From positions 960,001-1,024,000 of the forward strand of contig CAWCMR010000025.1 in NCBI GenBank assembly GCA_963796685.1: a stretch of DNA of 64,000 nt, read 5' to 3'. Made by a program: the position numbers and the translations under genes. A model generated the notes under the pieces. The model ran no database searches, had not been told where the DNA came from, and saw only the letters and a list, made by a program, of their open reading frames with translations. Positions 40,835 through 50,705 of this stretch are shown here, piece by piece (the first letter of the stretch is position 1; each line of letters opens with the position of its first letter). This stretch comes from an uncultured delta proteobacterium (GTDB taxonomy: Bacteria > Myxococcota_A > Polyangia > Fen-1088).

Positions 40835-42181
40835 ATGAAGCCATGCCAGTCCGCACGTCCGCGCAGCACGCCCTCTTGTTTGGAGAAGGGGTGTCGGGCA
40901 TTTCTGCTGTTTGCGCCGGTCCTGCTTCTGGGCGCGTGCTCAGTCGACCTTGGCAGGCTACGGACACCTGCGTCGCCGTCGCCTGACGGAGCCGCAGATA
41001 TCCCCGTCGTGCCCGATGGTGCTCGGCCCGGTGGGGACACGGACGCTGCGGGGGTAGGGCCAGGCGTGGATGGCACGTCGACTTCTCCCGACTCGCGCAC
41101 ACCGAACGAGGTCTTGCCGCCCGACGGCGAAGCTTCCAAGCCGGACGTCCCGATGGCTGCCGAGGACGCGCGCAACGACGCAAGCCAGGTTCCTGGCGAC
41201 ACCGGCGGTCGCGACGATGTCCTTGGCGATGGCGCCGGGAGCGGCGGCGCGGGCGGCGGCGGTGGAACGGGGGGTGTGGATGCAGACGGCGCCGGCGGCA
41301 GCGGCGGGGCTGGCGGTGCGGATGCGGATGGAAATGGCGGGGCTGGCGGTGCGGATGCGGATGGAAATGGCGGGGCTGGCGGTGCAGACATGGGCAACGG
41401 CGGATCCGCGGGAACCGACGCCGAGGTCGATTTACCCTTCGGCGCCGACGGTACCGGCGGTGCGGATCCGGATCTGGTCCTTTGGTACAAGTTCGACGAG
41501 AGCTCGGGAACCGTGGCGTCGGATTCGTCCTCCCTGGGTGGCCACGACGGCACGGTGAGCACGGCCGGCACGAGCGGCAGCGCGACGTTCTCCACCGACT
41601 GCCAGGTGGGCACGCACGCGCTCAGCCTGGCACCGTCGACCTACTCGCCTTCCTCATCGGGCGGTTATGTGTCGCTGCCTGCTCCGGAGGCGTTGGCACC
41701 CGAGGCCGTCACCATCGCGATCTGGGTCAGGCTTGCGTCCGTCTCGTCCAGCCAGAACTGGGCGCGCATCTACGACTTCGGTAGTGGCACCACCGCGAAG
41801 ACATTCTTCTACTTGACCTCACGGGCCAGCGACTCTCCCAACACACCCGTGCGCTTCGGCATCTCCAACACGGGACACACCTCCGCCGCCGAGGAGCGAC
41901 TCGAAGGCTCGACCACCCTCAGCGCCAACGTGTGGCACCACATCGCAGTCGTGCTGCCTGCCGGCGCAGCCTACACGGGGACGCTCTACATCGACGGTCA
42001 TGCCGTGGACACCAACAACGCCATGACCCTGCACCTCTCGGACATCGAAACCACCACCCAGAACTGGCTCGGACGTTCGCCGTTCACGAGTGATCCCTAC
42101 CTGAACGGTTCGCTCGACGACTTCCGCATCTACAAACGAGCCTTGTCGGCGGCCGAGATCCTCGCCCTCGCATTACTCTAG
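40835..42181 (+). CDS. LamG / concanavalin A-like domain lipoprotein
   Basis: Lipobox LGAC; LVLWYKFDE; WARIYDFG; WHHIAV; GSLDDFRIYKRALS. Confidence 0.85.
   Translation: MKPCQSARPRSTPSCLEKGCRAFLLFAPVLLLGACSVDLGRLRTPASPSPDGAADIPVVPDGARPGGDTDAAGVGPGVDGTSTSPDSRTPNEVLPPDGEASKPDVPMAAEDARNDASQVPGDTGGRDDVLGDGAGSGGAGGGGGTGGVDADGAGGSGGAGGADADGNGGAGGADADGNGGAGGADMGNGGSAGTDAEVDLPFGADGTGGADPDLVLWYKFDESSGTVASDSSSLGGHDGTVSTAGTSGSATFSTDCQVGTHALSLAPSTYSPSSSGGYVSLPAPEALAPEAVTIAIWVRLASVSSSQNWARIYDFGSGTTAKTFFYLTSRASDSPNTPVRFGISNTGHTSAAEERLEGSTTLSANVWHHIAVVLPAGAAYTGTLYIDGHAVDTNNAMTLHLSDIETTTQNWLGRSPFTSDPYLNGSLDDFRIYKRALSAAEILALALL
41303..41385 (+). repeat. 33-bp coding tandem repeat, 2.5 copies (GGAGGADADGN)
   Basis: ggcggggctggcggtgcggatgcggatggaaat twice plus a partial copy. 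Confidence 0.9.
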
Positions 42182-42329
42182 TTGTCGCGGTGCTGCCGGA
42201 ACGGTGGGCGTTGACTTGGGGAACATTCCAAGACAACCTGAGTGTGGCGCGGCGGTGCGAAGAGAACATTCCACCTCCCAAACGCTGTACCCAGGACACT
42301 CCACGTAGCGACGAAGCGGAGGGCATGCA

Positions 42330-42653
42330 ATGACTCGAACATTCAAGCTGATGACCCTGATGGCGCTGGGGGCTTGGCTTCTGACCAGCGCCGGCTGCGA
42401 AGACAAGGTCTGCAAGGAACAGCTGCAGACCTGCAAGAAGGACTCGGATGAGCAGCGCAAGGAATGCTCCTCCAACCTGAGCAAGCTCCAAGAGCTGAAG
42501 GGAGAGCTGGCCGAGGCCCAGGCGAAGGTCGACACCCTTACCACGGAGAACGAGGAGCTCAAGAAGAGCGCCGAGGCTTCAACGAAGGGCAAGGGCAAAA
42601 CTGCGAAGGGCAAGTCCGCGAAGGGCAAGCACAAGAAGAGGGGCAAGCGGTAG
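42330..42653 (+). CDS. Small coiled-coil lipoprotein with Lys-rich tail
   Basis: Lipobox SAGC; heptad pattern; KGKGKTAKGKSAKGKHKKRGKR. Confidence 0.8.
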   Translation: MTRTFKLMTLMALGAWLLTSAGCEDKVCKEQLQTCKKDSDEQRKECSSNLSKLQELKGELAEAQAKVDTLTTENEELKKSAEASTKGKGKTAKGKSAKGKHKKRGKR

Positions 42654-42858
42654 CGACCTTCCCCGCCTCCGACCGGGGCGTGCGCGTGCAGGAAGGGCAA
42701 GCGTTGGTCGCCGCTCGAAGATGACTTAAGCAGGCCCGCGGCCGCTTCATCCCGGCTGGCTGCGTTGCTCACCTACCGACGGGTATGCTCGCTCCTCGCT
42801 CCTTGCCATCCGGGCGCCTCGGCCGCGCTCTTTGCACAAGTTATCTTTTCGCGGCTCC

Positions 42859-43881
42859 TTAGGGACAGCAGAAGGTGTTGGTGACATCGCCAATGCTGAG
42901 GGTCGCGCATGGGGCCGCGAGCATGGTGAGCGTGCAGATATAATAGTGCGCGGGCCGGCTGCCTCCGCAGTTGGTGGCATCGCCGCCAGGTTGCGCGGTG
43001 CAACCGTTGGAATCCACGCCCGGCCCGGCATCCCCGCCTTCCTGGATGCACCCGTATCCGACCGGCGCGCACAGACTGGTCGCGGGGTTGCAGCAGTATT
43101 CGCCTGCGCCGCAGGTCGCGCTTCCACAGGCCACATTGCTGTCTGGCCCGGCATCCGCCACGGTTCCGCTGCTTGCACAGCCGATCTTGGTCGAGAAGCA
43201 CTCCCCCTGAGGACACGAGCAGGTGGCGACCGTGTGACTGTTGCCGGGCGAGCAGCCGCAGGCGCCGGTCTGGCAGGAATCAGGAAAATCGCCGACGCTC
43301 GCGCAGCAGAGCCCACTATCAACTAGCCCGCCGGTCGAGGTGCACAGCGCGGCCAGGTCCTGCGCGTCGGGGCTCACCTGGACGTCAGGACCTCTCACGT
43401 CGTCGCTCTTGCTGTCGCCCGTGCCACTCGTGCCGCCCGTACCCGGCCCCGGGACACACGAGACGGGACATCCTTGGGCATCCGTGACATAGCCATAGGG
43501 GCAATACAGGTTGGTGAGCACGCATTGGGCCCCATCGAGGGCGGCATCGCGACTGCCTTGCCCGCCCGAGCCCGCCGCACCGCCTGCCGCCGATCCGCCG
43601 GTTGAGCTCGCCTTTCCTCCTGCGCCGGAGCCGCCCGTCGCGGTTTGCATGCCGCCGACACCCGAAACACCTGCGCCCCCGCCAGAGGCTACGCTGCCGC
43701 CGGCACCCGAACCGCCCGCGCCGCCGGAACCGCCCAGGCTACCGCCCGAGCCCGCATTTCCGCCGTCGGTCAGCCTGCCGATCGAGTCGGAGTTGCTGCA
43801 CGAGGCAAAAGGCAACACGGCAAGCAGCGACGTGACAGGAACCATGCGAAGGATGGCGGTGAGGCAACTGTGGTTGTTCAT
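42859..43881 (-). CDS. Gly/Cys-rich lipoprotein
   Basis: Lipobox FASC; GGSG linker; small Cys modules. Confidence 0.75.
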   Translation of the reverse strand: MNNHSCLTAILRMVPVTSLLAVLPFASCSNSDSIGRLTDGGNAGSGGSLGGSGGAGGSGAGGSVASGGGAGVSGVGGMQTATGGSGAGGKASSTGGSAAGGAAGSGGQGSRDAALDGAQCVLTNLYCPYGYVTDAQGCPVSCVPGPGTGGTSGTGDSKSDDVRGPDVQVSPDAQDLAALCTSTGGLVDSGLCCASVGDFPDSCQTGACGCSPGNSHTVATCSCPQGECFSTKIGCASSGTVADAGPDSNVACGSATCGAGEYCCNPATSLCAPVGYGCIQEGGDAGPGVDSNGCTAQPGGDATNCGGSRPAHYYICTLTMLAAPCATLSIGDVTNTFCCP

Positions 43882-43942
43882 TGCGGATCTCCCATGAAGT
43901 GTTTCCCTCTTGCTTCCTGGTGACGGATGCGCCGCCAACCTT

Positions 43943-44818
43943 TCAGGGGCAGCTCGCCATGGCGCGAGCGGCCCGCTTGCCGAGGTCGTCGTCGCCGCCA
44001 CCGCCAAGCACGCGGGCCAAATCTGCGCGTGCCTCCTGACAACGTCCAGCGCGTGCACGCAGCTCGCCGCGGATGGTTTCGAGCTCGCGGGCACGCGGAA
44101 GCTTCGCCAAGCCGAGTGAGTCGAGCACCAGCAGCGCCTGATCGCGGCGCTCCAGCGCCAGCAAGATCTCCGCCCGCGCGACCTTCGCTTCGACGGAAAG
44201 TGCTCCCCCTGCAAAGCGACGTTCGTGCGCGCTGAGCATATCCAAGGCGGCCTCGGCCTTGCCGTCGCGTCGCCAACAAGCCAAGGCCTCGGCCAGGGAT
44301 CGCGCCTCGATCGACAACGCACCTTCGGCTTGCGGAAGCTCGCCGGGGGAATGCAGCGAGGCCGGCGAGTTGTCGGCACGGGCTATCCGCCTGAGCGCAG
44401 CTTGCGGACGGGGGGCGGGATCTTTGCCGGGTACCTGGGGCGCGGAATACTCGGCGTTGCCGCGCGGAACAGCGGGCGGCTCGACGCGAATCTCCGCGTG
44501 CGCCTTGGGCTTCGCTTGCCGCGAAGGCGCGGGGGCGCGTTCCATGAAGGGCAGGCGAGGACGCCAACCGCCAACCACGGCCAACCCGCTGCCAGCGACG
44601 AGCGTGACCGCGAGCGCCGCGAAGACGGGCAAGAGGCGAATCCGTCGCCGGGCGCGTGCCCCTCCGAGCAGCGCCCCTTCGATGCTGGCGATGTCGGTTT
44701 CACGCAGCCCGGTTGTCGGGCGCGCTTGGTGCAAGAAGGCGCCTGCCCGCGCCTGCAACGATGATGGGGGTTCGCCCCCCTCGCCGAGTCGATCCAGTTT
44801 CATTTCATCAGCCTGCAT
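43943..44818 (-). CDS. Membrane protein with C-terminal TPR-like helices (putative anti-sigma factor)
   Basis: One TM segment, Pro-rich linker, EARSLAEAL..HERRFAGGALSVEA; overlaps the sigma gene. Confidence 0.7.
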   Translation of the reverse strand: MQADEMKLDRLGEGGEPPSSLQARAGAFLHQARPTTGLRETDIASIEGALLGGARARRRIRLLPVFAALAVTLVAGSGLAVVGGWRPRLPFMERAPAPSRQAKPKAHAEIRVEPPAVPRGNAEYSAPQVPGKDPAPRPQAALRRIARADNSPASLHSPGELPQAEGALSIEARSLAEALACWRRDGKAEAALDMLSAHERRFAGGALSVEAKVARAEILLALERRDQALLVLDSLGLAKLPRARELETIRGELRARAGRCQEARADLARVLGGGGDDDLGKRAARAMASCP

Positions 44819-45392
44819 GGCCGCACCTCCCGTCGCCGGCTCGGCGTGGCGCCTCCGCGTCGCCGAGCATGGGTTCGATGTCTTGGAACGCCTTGAGGAA
44901 TCGCCCGCGCGCCCGATGCATGCGCACCCACACGTTCGCCACCTTGATGCCGAGCAAACGCGCGATCGTCTCGCCCGGTAGCTCCTCCAGCTCGAACAGA
45001 ATCAGAATTTCCCGATCGCGCTCCGATAGCCGATCGAGCACGCGGTAGATGAGCGCGACACGCTCCTTCTGTTCGAGGCATTCATGTGGCCCAGGTCCCG
45101 GCGCCGGCACGTGTCTTGCCGCATCGCTGGCCGAGCCCGAAAGCCAATGGCGCAGACGATCCTTGCGCCGCCGGTGGCGTACGACCTTCTCCGTGATACC
45201 GAACAGCCAGGTCGCCAGGGTGGAATCGCCGCGGAACGCGGGCAGCTGTCGCTGCACGATTTCGAACACTTCGTGAACCATGTCGGGAAGGTCGAACCCC
45301 GGCCCCGCCAAGCGCTCGGCCCAGCGGGCGACGTCGCGGACGTGGGTCCGATAGATGTCGGCCAGGGTGGGGATATGCGCGGACACGGGCAT
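44808..45392 (-). CDS. ECF sigma-70 factor
   Basis: DMVHEVF..FRGDSTLATWLFGI; REILILFELEEL...IARLLGI..VWVRMHRAR. Confidence 0.9.
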   Translation of the reverse strand: MPVSAHIPTLADIYRTHVRDVARWAERLAGPGFDLPDMVHEVFEIVQRQLPAFRGDSTLATWLFGITEKVVRHRRRKDRLRHWLSGSASDAARHVPAPGPGPHECLEQKERVALIYRVLDRLSERDREILILFELEELPGETIARLLGIKVANVWVRMHRARGRFLKAFQDIEPMLGDAEAPRRAGDGRCGHAG

Positions 45393-45444
45393 GCCTATCA
45401 GCTCTGGTGACGGATCAGCGCCCAACCTTTCACGACCATGCTCT

Positions 45445-46324
45445 TCAGGGGCCCAAGGACCACAGCAGACCCGCACCCACCTGGACGTCCCAGCGGGGCA
45501 GCTCGGCCATGGGCGCGGCGCCCTCGATGGTCAACGTCTCCTTGGTCGACCAGTAGGTTCCGCCGAGGGCAACGAGCGGCGAGAGGTGTCTCCCGGTGAA
45601 GAGCAAGCGCAGGTTTGCGGCGATGCCGGTTGCGGTGCGGGTCTTGACGTAGGCGACCGGCAGCTCCTTGCCGCGCAGGACGAGCAGGCCCGCCAGACCG
45701 GCGACTCCGAGCTTCTCCGCGGATCCGGCCGTGCCCGACCACCAGCGCCGCCCCCAACTCCAATGCCGGGCGCGTGTAGCCGGCGCGCCACGAACCGACG
45801 TCCTTGTCGCGTTCGGCGGTCGCGGTCAGACCAACCACCCCGCGCAAGGGACCGCTCAGGGCCAATCTGGTCTCGATGGTCGCGCCCGGGCTGAAATCGT
45901 TGCCGTCGTAGACGCCGGCCAGGACCAATCCGATCTCCGTGCGCGACGGACCGGGTTTCTGCGCCTGTAGGGTCGGTTCGGGCTCGACCCTCGCCGGTGG
46001 GGACGGCAAGGCGGGCCTGGGAGCTTCCGGCCAGATCCCCATCCACGTCGCCACCAGCACCGCCGCCACGGTCGCGCGTTCGTGGCAGCTTGCAGGCGCC
46101 TCGACCTCCCGGCTGCCGACGGTGGCTCCATCGGGGCCGCGCAAGATCACACGCATGGTGTCGCCTTCGATGCTGATCTCCGGACGCTCGCTTCGCGTGG
46201 CTCCGAGTCGAGCAAGCTCGGCATCGACGTCGCGTTCCTCCGGACAGCGCGGTCCGCTGGCAGGCACCGGACGCCCCGCCACCTCGGCAGCCATCACCAG
46301 AGCAAGAGCCATCCCGGCCAGCAT
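45445..46324 (-). CDS. Exported protein of the myxobacterial ECF cluster, +1 frameshift at ~45712
   Basis: CP..DV...REV..ASCHERATVAAV; the corrected frame continues ELGVAGLAGLLVLRG...QVGAGLLWSLGP*. Confidence 0.6.
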
Positions 46325-46451
46325 GCTGGCGACGATACAGGGGCAAGGTGGCTTGGGCAATGACTGCAACCCGTGGCTGCTTCGACTGCTTCATGGATGC
46401 GCTTGACACGCCAGGCGTCCGGCGCGACAGTAGCCCCGGAGGGCGTACGTC

Positions 46452-49400
46452 ATGCGTTTGCCAAAGACAAGCTTGTTCGGCCTCGTAGTGTCCATCGCTC
46501 TTGCTTGCTCCCCCACGAGCACGGAAAATCAAAGACGCATCGGTGCCGATGAGTGCCCGTGCACGTCGAGCAGCGGGTGCGACCCGGGGTTGAGCTGCAC
46601 CGCCGGTGTATGCAACAACGAAGACGGCGGCTCGACGTATGGACCCCAGGCTCGCCTCAAATCGACGGCGGCGAATCCACAATGGGTACAGACCAACTGG
46701 TTGGCGAACAATAGCTTCTTCAATCTCTTCAGCAGCCAAGACCGGGCCTTTGCCCGGACTTGGGACGCTCTCAATGGCGGTCGTGTGTTTCTTACCGCCG
46801 ATGACGGAACGACTTGGACCCAGATCAGCTCCGCCGACAGCGACATCGACATCCTGTCCATGGTTATGTCGAACGGCAACATACTCGCCGGCACCTGGAA
46901 CGGTTTCTATCTATCCACCTCGGGGGGCGCGACCTGGAGTGCCGTATCCCCCACGGGAATCCCTGTCGATGCCGCTATCCGGTCAATCGCCGCGATGGAT
47001 ACCACCCTCTTTGCCGCGACAGCGGGACATATTTACAGATCCTCCAACAGCGGCAGTACCTGGGTCGAAGCGAGCTCGGGCATACCTGCGAACGCCACGG
47101 TGACCTCGATGGTCGCAAATGGAAACGTCATTCTTGCAGGGAGCGACAGCGCCGGTGTCTTCGTGACGACGAACAGCGGAACAAGCTGGACCGCGGTCAA
47201 TTCCGGGCTTACCGACATGCACGTGTCCCAGCTCGCGGCCGTGGGTACCAGGTTGTTTGCAGCCACCTTGAACGGTGTCTTCGTATCCGGCAACAATGGC
47301 ACGAGCTGGGCAGCGGACAGCTCCGGCATCAGAAACGTCAATTGCTTTCTCGTCGCAAGCCCCCAACTGTTTGCTGGAACCGATGACAGCGGGGTCTACC
47401 TCTCCCTCGACAGCGGCGCGACCTGGACATCGTTCAACTCCGGGCTGCCCGATGGCACCCGCGTTTGGTCCCTGGCGGCAAACAGCGACAGCATCTTTGC
47501 CGGGACGGATTCCGGCGTCTGGCGCACACCTTCGACGACCACGCCGAATGCCGCGCCAACCGTGGCGACAGCCGCGGCCGCGAGCTCCAATCCGGTGGCC
47601 GGCAAGACCACGAACCTGAGCGTGCTTGGAGACGATGATGGGGGCGAGGCAAACCTGACCTACACGTGGGCCGCGACCGGGACGCCGCCGGCCTCGGTCA
47701 TTTTCAGCGCAAACGGCACCAACGCGGCCAAGAACACCACCGCGACCTTCGGCGCGGCCGGCAGCTACTCGCTCCAGGTGACCGTGCGCGACCAGCCGGG
47801 GCTCACCATCACCAGCACCGTCGCGGTTACGGTCAATCAGACCCTGACCGGCATCTCCGTGGCGCCCGCCAGCTCGACCCTTCTGCCCCTGGCGACTCAG
47901 CAGTTCGTCGCGACGGCATGGGATCAGTTCGCCGCTGCCCTGGCCCCCCTGCCGACCTTGGCCTGGAGCGTGACTGGCGGCGGAACCATCGACGCCAACG
48001 GTCTGTTCACGGCGGAGACCGCCGTGGGTGGGCCCTACACGGTCGTCGCCCAAAGTGGCGCGGTCAGCGGCACAGCAACGGTTTCCGTGGCGATCCCCAA
48101 TCTTGGGCCAACCATCGACTCCCCGGCCGCGGCCGGCCCCAATCCCGTCGCGGGAAATACCACCTCGCTGTCGGTGCTGGGCAATGACGATGCTGGCGAG
48201 GCGGGCTTGATTTACACCTGGTCCACCATCGGCGCGCCTCCGGCTGCGGTCTCCTTCAGCGCCAACGGCAGCAATTTCGCCAAGAACACGACCGCCACCT
48301 TCACCAAGGCCGGGAGCTACACCTTCCGGGTCACCGTGGCGGACCAGCCAGGGTTGACCACGACCAGCTCGGTCACCGTGACGGTCAATCCGACATTGAC
48401 GGGCATCGTGGTCTCGCCAACCAGCGCCGCGCTCGGCGCCTCCGCCAGCCAGCAGTTCAGCGCCACGGCCCGGGACCAGTTCGGCACCAACCTGGCCACG
48501 CAACCCGCCTTCGCCTGGACGGTGAGCGGCGGCGGAACCATGGCCGCCAGCGGTTTGTTCACCGCGGCTGCGGTTGCGGGCGGCCCCTACACGGTGACCG
48601 CCACCAGCGGTGGGATCAGCGGCACCGCCAGCGTGACCGTGTCCTCGACTCCGAGCACGGTCTACCGAATCAACTGCGGCAGCAGCAGCGCGGCCTCGCC
48701 CTTCACGGCCGACCAATACGCGAGTGGCGGCACCCAGCACACCGTCACCAACACCATCACCACCAGCGGCGTCACGAATCCGGCGCCCATGGCCGTGTAC
48801 CAGAGCGAGCGCTACGGCAGCAGCACCTACACCCTGCCCAACCTGACCCCCGGCAGCCAGTACACCGTTCGCCTACACTTCGCCGAGCTGTATCAGACCG
48901 CCAGCGGCAAGCGCGTGTTCGACGTCGTGCTCAACGGCACCACGGTATTGCCGAAGTTCGACATCTACGCAGCGGCCGGCGGCAACTACAAGGCAGTCGT
49001 ACGCGAGCTCACCGCGACTGCGAGCGCGTCGGGCCAGATCGTCATCAAATTCAATACCGTCACCGACAATGCCAGCATCGAAGGCATCGAGATCGTCACC
49101 TTGACGCCCAACAGTCCGCCCGGCATCGTGGCAGCAGCAGCCGCCGCGCCCAGTCCCGTGTCGGGCAGCACGACCTCGATGTCCGCGCTCGGTGCGGACG
49201 ACGGCGGCGAGGCGAGCCTGACCTACACCTGGAATACCCTCGGCACACCGCCTGCCGCGGTCGCCTTCGGCGCGAACGGCACCAACGCCGCCAAGAACAC
49301 CACCGCGACCTTCAGCAAGGCCGGCAGCTACTCGCTGCAGGTGACCGTGAAGGACCAGCCTGGCCTCACCGCTACCAGCACCGTCGTGGTCACGGTCAAT

Positions 49401-50660
49401 CAGACCCTGACCAGCATCGTGGTGACGCCCGCCAGCGCGACCCTTGCGCCGCTCGGGACCCAGCAGCTCGTCGCGACGGCACAGGACCAATTCGCCGCTG
49501 CCCTCGCGGTCCAGCCAACCTTTGCCTGGAGCGTGACCGGCGGTGGAGCCATCGATACCAACGGCCTGTTCACGGCCACCGCTTCCGCTGGTGGTCCCTA
49601 CCTGGTCACCGCATCCGCGGGCGCCGTCAGTGGCACGGCGACCGTCTCCGTGGTGGTCCCCAACGCCGCGCCAACCATTGCCCGTGCGGCCGCCGCAGGC
49701 CCCAATCCTGTCGTCGGCACCACGACCGCTCTATCCGCGCTCGGCGCCGATGACGGTCCCGAAGCGAGCTTGACCTACACCTGGGCCACCATCGCCACGC
49801 CACCGGCCTCGGTCGCTTTCAGCGCCAACGGCACCAACGCAGCCAAGAGCACGACGGCCACCTTTACCAAGGCGGGAAGCTACACGTTCCAGGTGACGGT
49901 CAAGGATCAGGGCAACTTGACGGCCACCAGCTCGGTCGTGGTGACGGTCAATCCAACCCCGACGAGCATCGTCGTTTCTCCGAGCAGCGCCACGGCCAAC
50001 ACCTCGGCAACGCAGCAGTTCGGCGCCGTCGCCAGAGATCAGTTCGCGGCGAGCCTGGCCGCCCAGCCGATCTTCACCTGGAGCGTGAGCGGCGGGGGCA
50101 CGATTTCGTCGAACGGTCTGTTCACGGCAAGCTCGAGCCCGGGCGGGCCCTACACGGTAACCGCACAGAGCGGCGGCCTGAGCGGCACCGCGAGCGTCAC
50201 GGTGGCCCAGGCCATGGTCTATCAGATCGACTGTGGCGGCAGTGCGGCCACCCCGTATGCTGCGGACAAGTACTACAGCGGCGGAACAGCGCGAACGGTC
50301 ACAAGCAGCATCGGCACGACCGGCGTGACGAATCCCGCTCCGCAGGCGGTGTACCAGGCCGAACGATACGGCGCGGTCACCTATACCTTCCCGAGCCTGA
50401 CCGCCGGCGCCTCGTACACCGTACGCCTGCACTTCGCCGAGCTGTACTGGACCGCAACGGGCAAGCGCAAATTCAATGTCGCGATCAACGGAACGACGGT
50501 CCTGTCGAACTACGATATCTATTCGGTGACCCGCGCGAGGTATGCGGCGGTGGTGAGGGAGTTCACCGCAACCGCGAACACCTCCGGACAGATCGTGATC
50601 AAGTCGACCAACGTCACCGACAATGCCACCATCGAGGGCATTCAGATCCTCGGGCAATGA
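46452..50660 (+). CDS. Large surface lipoprotein: BNR/VPS10-like propeller, four Ig-pair repeats, two malectin domains
   Basis: Lipobox ALAC; S-x-D/N-x-G-x-T-W repeats; LSVLGxDDGGEAxLTYTW x4; INCG..VYQSERYG..YTVRLHFAE x2. Confidence 0.9.
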   Translation: MRLPKTSLFGLVVSIALACSPTSTENQRRIGADECPCTSSSGCDPGLSCTAGVCNNEDGGSTYGPQARLKSTAANPQWVQTNWLANNSFFNLFSSQDRAFARTWDALNGGRVFLTADDGTTWTQISSADSDIDILSMVMSNGNILAGTWNGFYLSTSGGATWSAVSPTGIPVDAAIRSIAAMDTTLFAATAGHIYRSSNSGSTWVEASSGIPANATVTSMVANGNVILAGSDSAGVFVTTNSGTSWTAVNSGLTDMHVSQLAAVGTRLFAATLNGVFVSGNNGTSWAADSSGIRNVNCFLVASPQLFAGTDDSGVYLSLDSGATWTSFNSGLPDGTRVWSLAANSDSIFAGTDSGVWRTPSTTTPNAAPTVATAAAASSNPVAGKTTNLSVLGDDDGGEANLTYTWAATGTPPASVIFSANGTNAAKNTTATFGAAGSYSLQVTVRDQPGLTITSTVAVTVNQTLTGISVAPASSTLLPLATQQFVATAWDQFAAALAPLPTLAWSVTGGGTIDANGLFTAETAVGGPYTVVAQSGAVSGTATVSVAIPNLGPTIDSPAAAGPNPVAGNTTSLSVLGNDDAGEAGLIYTWSTIGAPPAAVSFSANGSNFAKNTTATFTKAGSYTFRVTVADQPGLTTTSSVTVTVNPTLTGIVVSPTSAALGASASQQFSATARDQFGTNLATQPAFAWTVSGGGTMAASGLFTAAAVAGGPYTVTATSGGISGTASVTVSSTPSTVYRINCGSSSAASPFTADQYASGGTQHTVTNTITTSGVTNPAPMAVYQSERYGSSTYTLPNLTPGSQYTVRLHFAELYQTASGKRVFDVVLNGTTVLPKFDIYAAAGGNYKAVVRELTATASASGQIVIKFNTVTDNASIEGIEIVTLTPNSPPGIVAAAAAAPSPVSGSTTSMSALGADDGGEASLTYTWNTLGTPPAAVAFGANGTNAAKNTTATFSKAGSYSLQVTVKDQPGLTATSTVVVTVNQTLTSIVVTPASATLAPLGTQQLVATAQDQFAAALAVQPTFAWSVTGGGAIDTNGLFTATASAGGPYLVTASAGAVSGTATVSVVVPNAAPTIARAAAAGPNPVVGTTTALSALGADDGPEASLTYTWATIATPPASVAFSANGTNAAKSTTATFTKAGSYTFQVTVKDQGNLTATSSVVVTVNPTPTSIVVSPSSATANTSATQQFGAVARDQFAASLAAQPIFTWSVSGGGTISSNGLFTASSSPGGPYTVTAQSGGLSGTASVTVAQAMVYQIDCGGSAATPYAADKYYSGGTARTVTSSIGTTGVTNPAPQAVYQAERYGAVTYTFPSLTAGASYTVRLHFAELYWTATGKRKFNVAINGTTVLSNYDIYSVTRARYAAVVREFTATANTSGQIVIKSTNVTDNATIEGIQILGQ

Positions 50661-50705
50661 GCATGGTAGCGAGATTCGATAGCCCGCCAACAAAGGATAC
50701 CATTC

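Noticed and set aside
46983-48740. Long antisense and alternate-frame ORFs (also 60508-62385, 18063-19424, 33714-34991 and others)
   Set aside because: Shadow ORFs expected in high-GC DNA; Arg/Gly/Pro-rich, no motifs, overlapping well-supported genes
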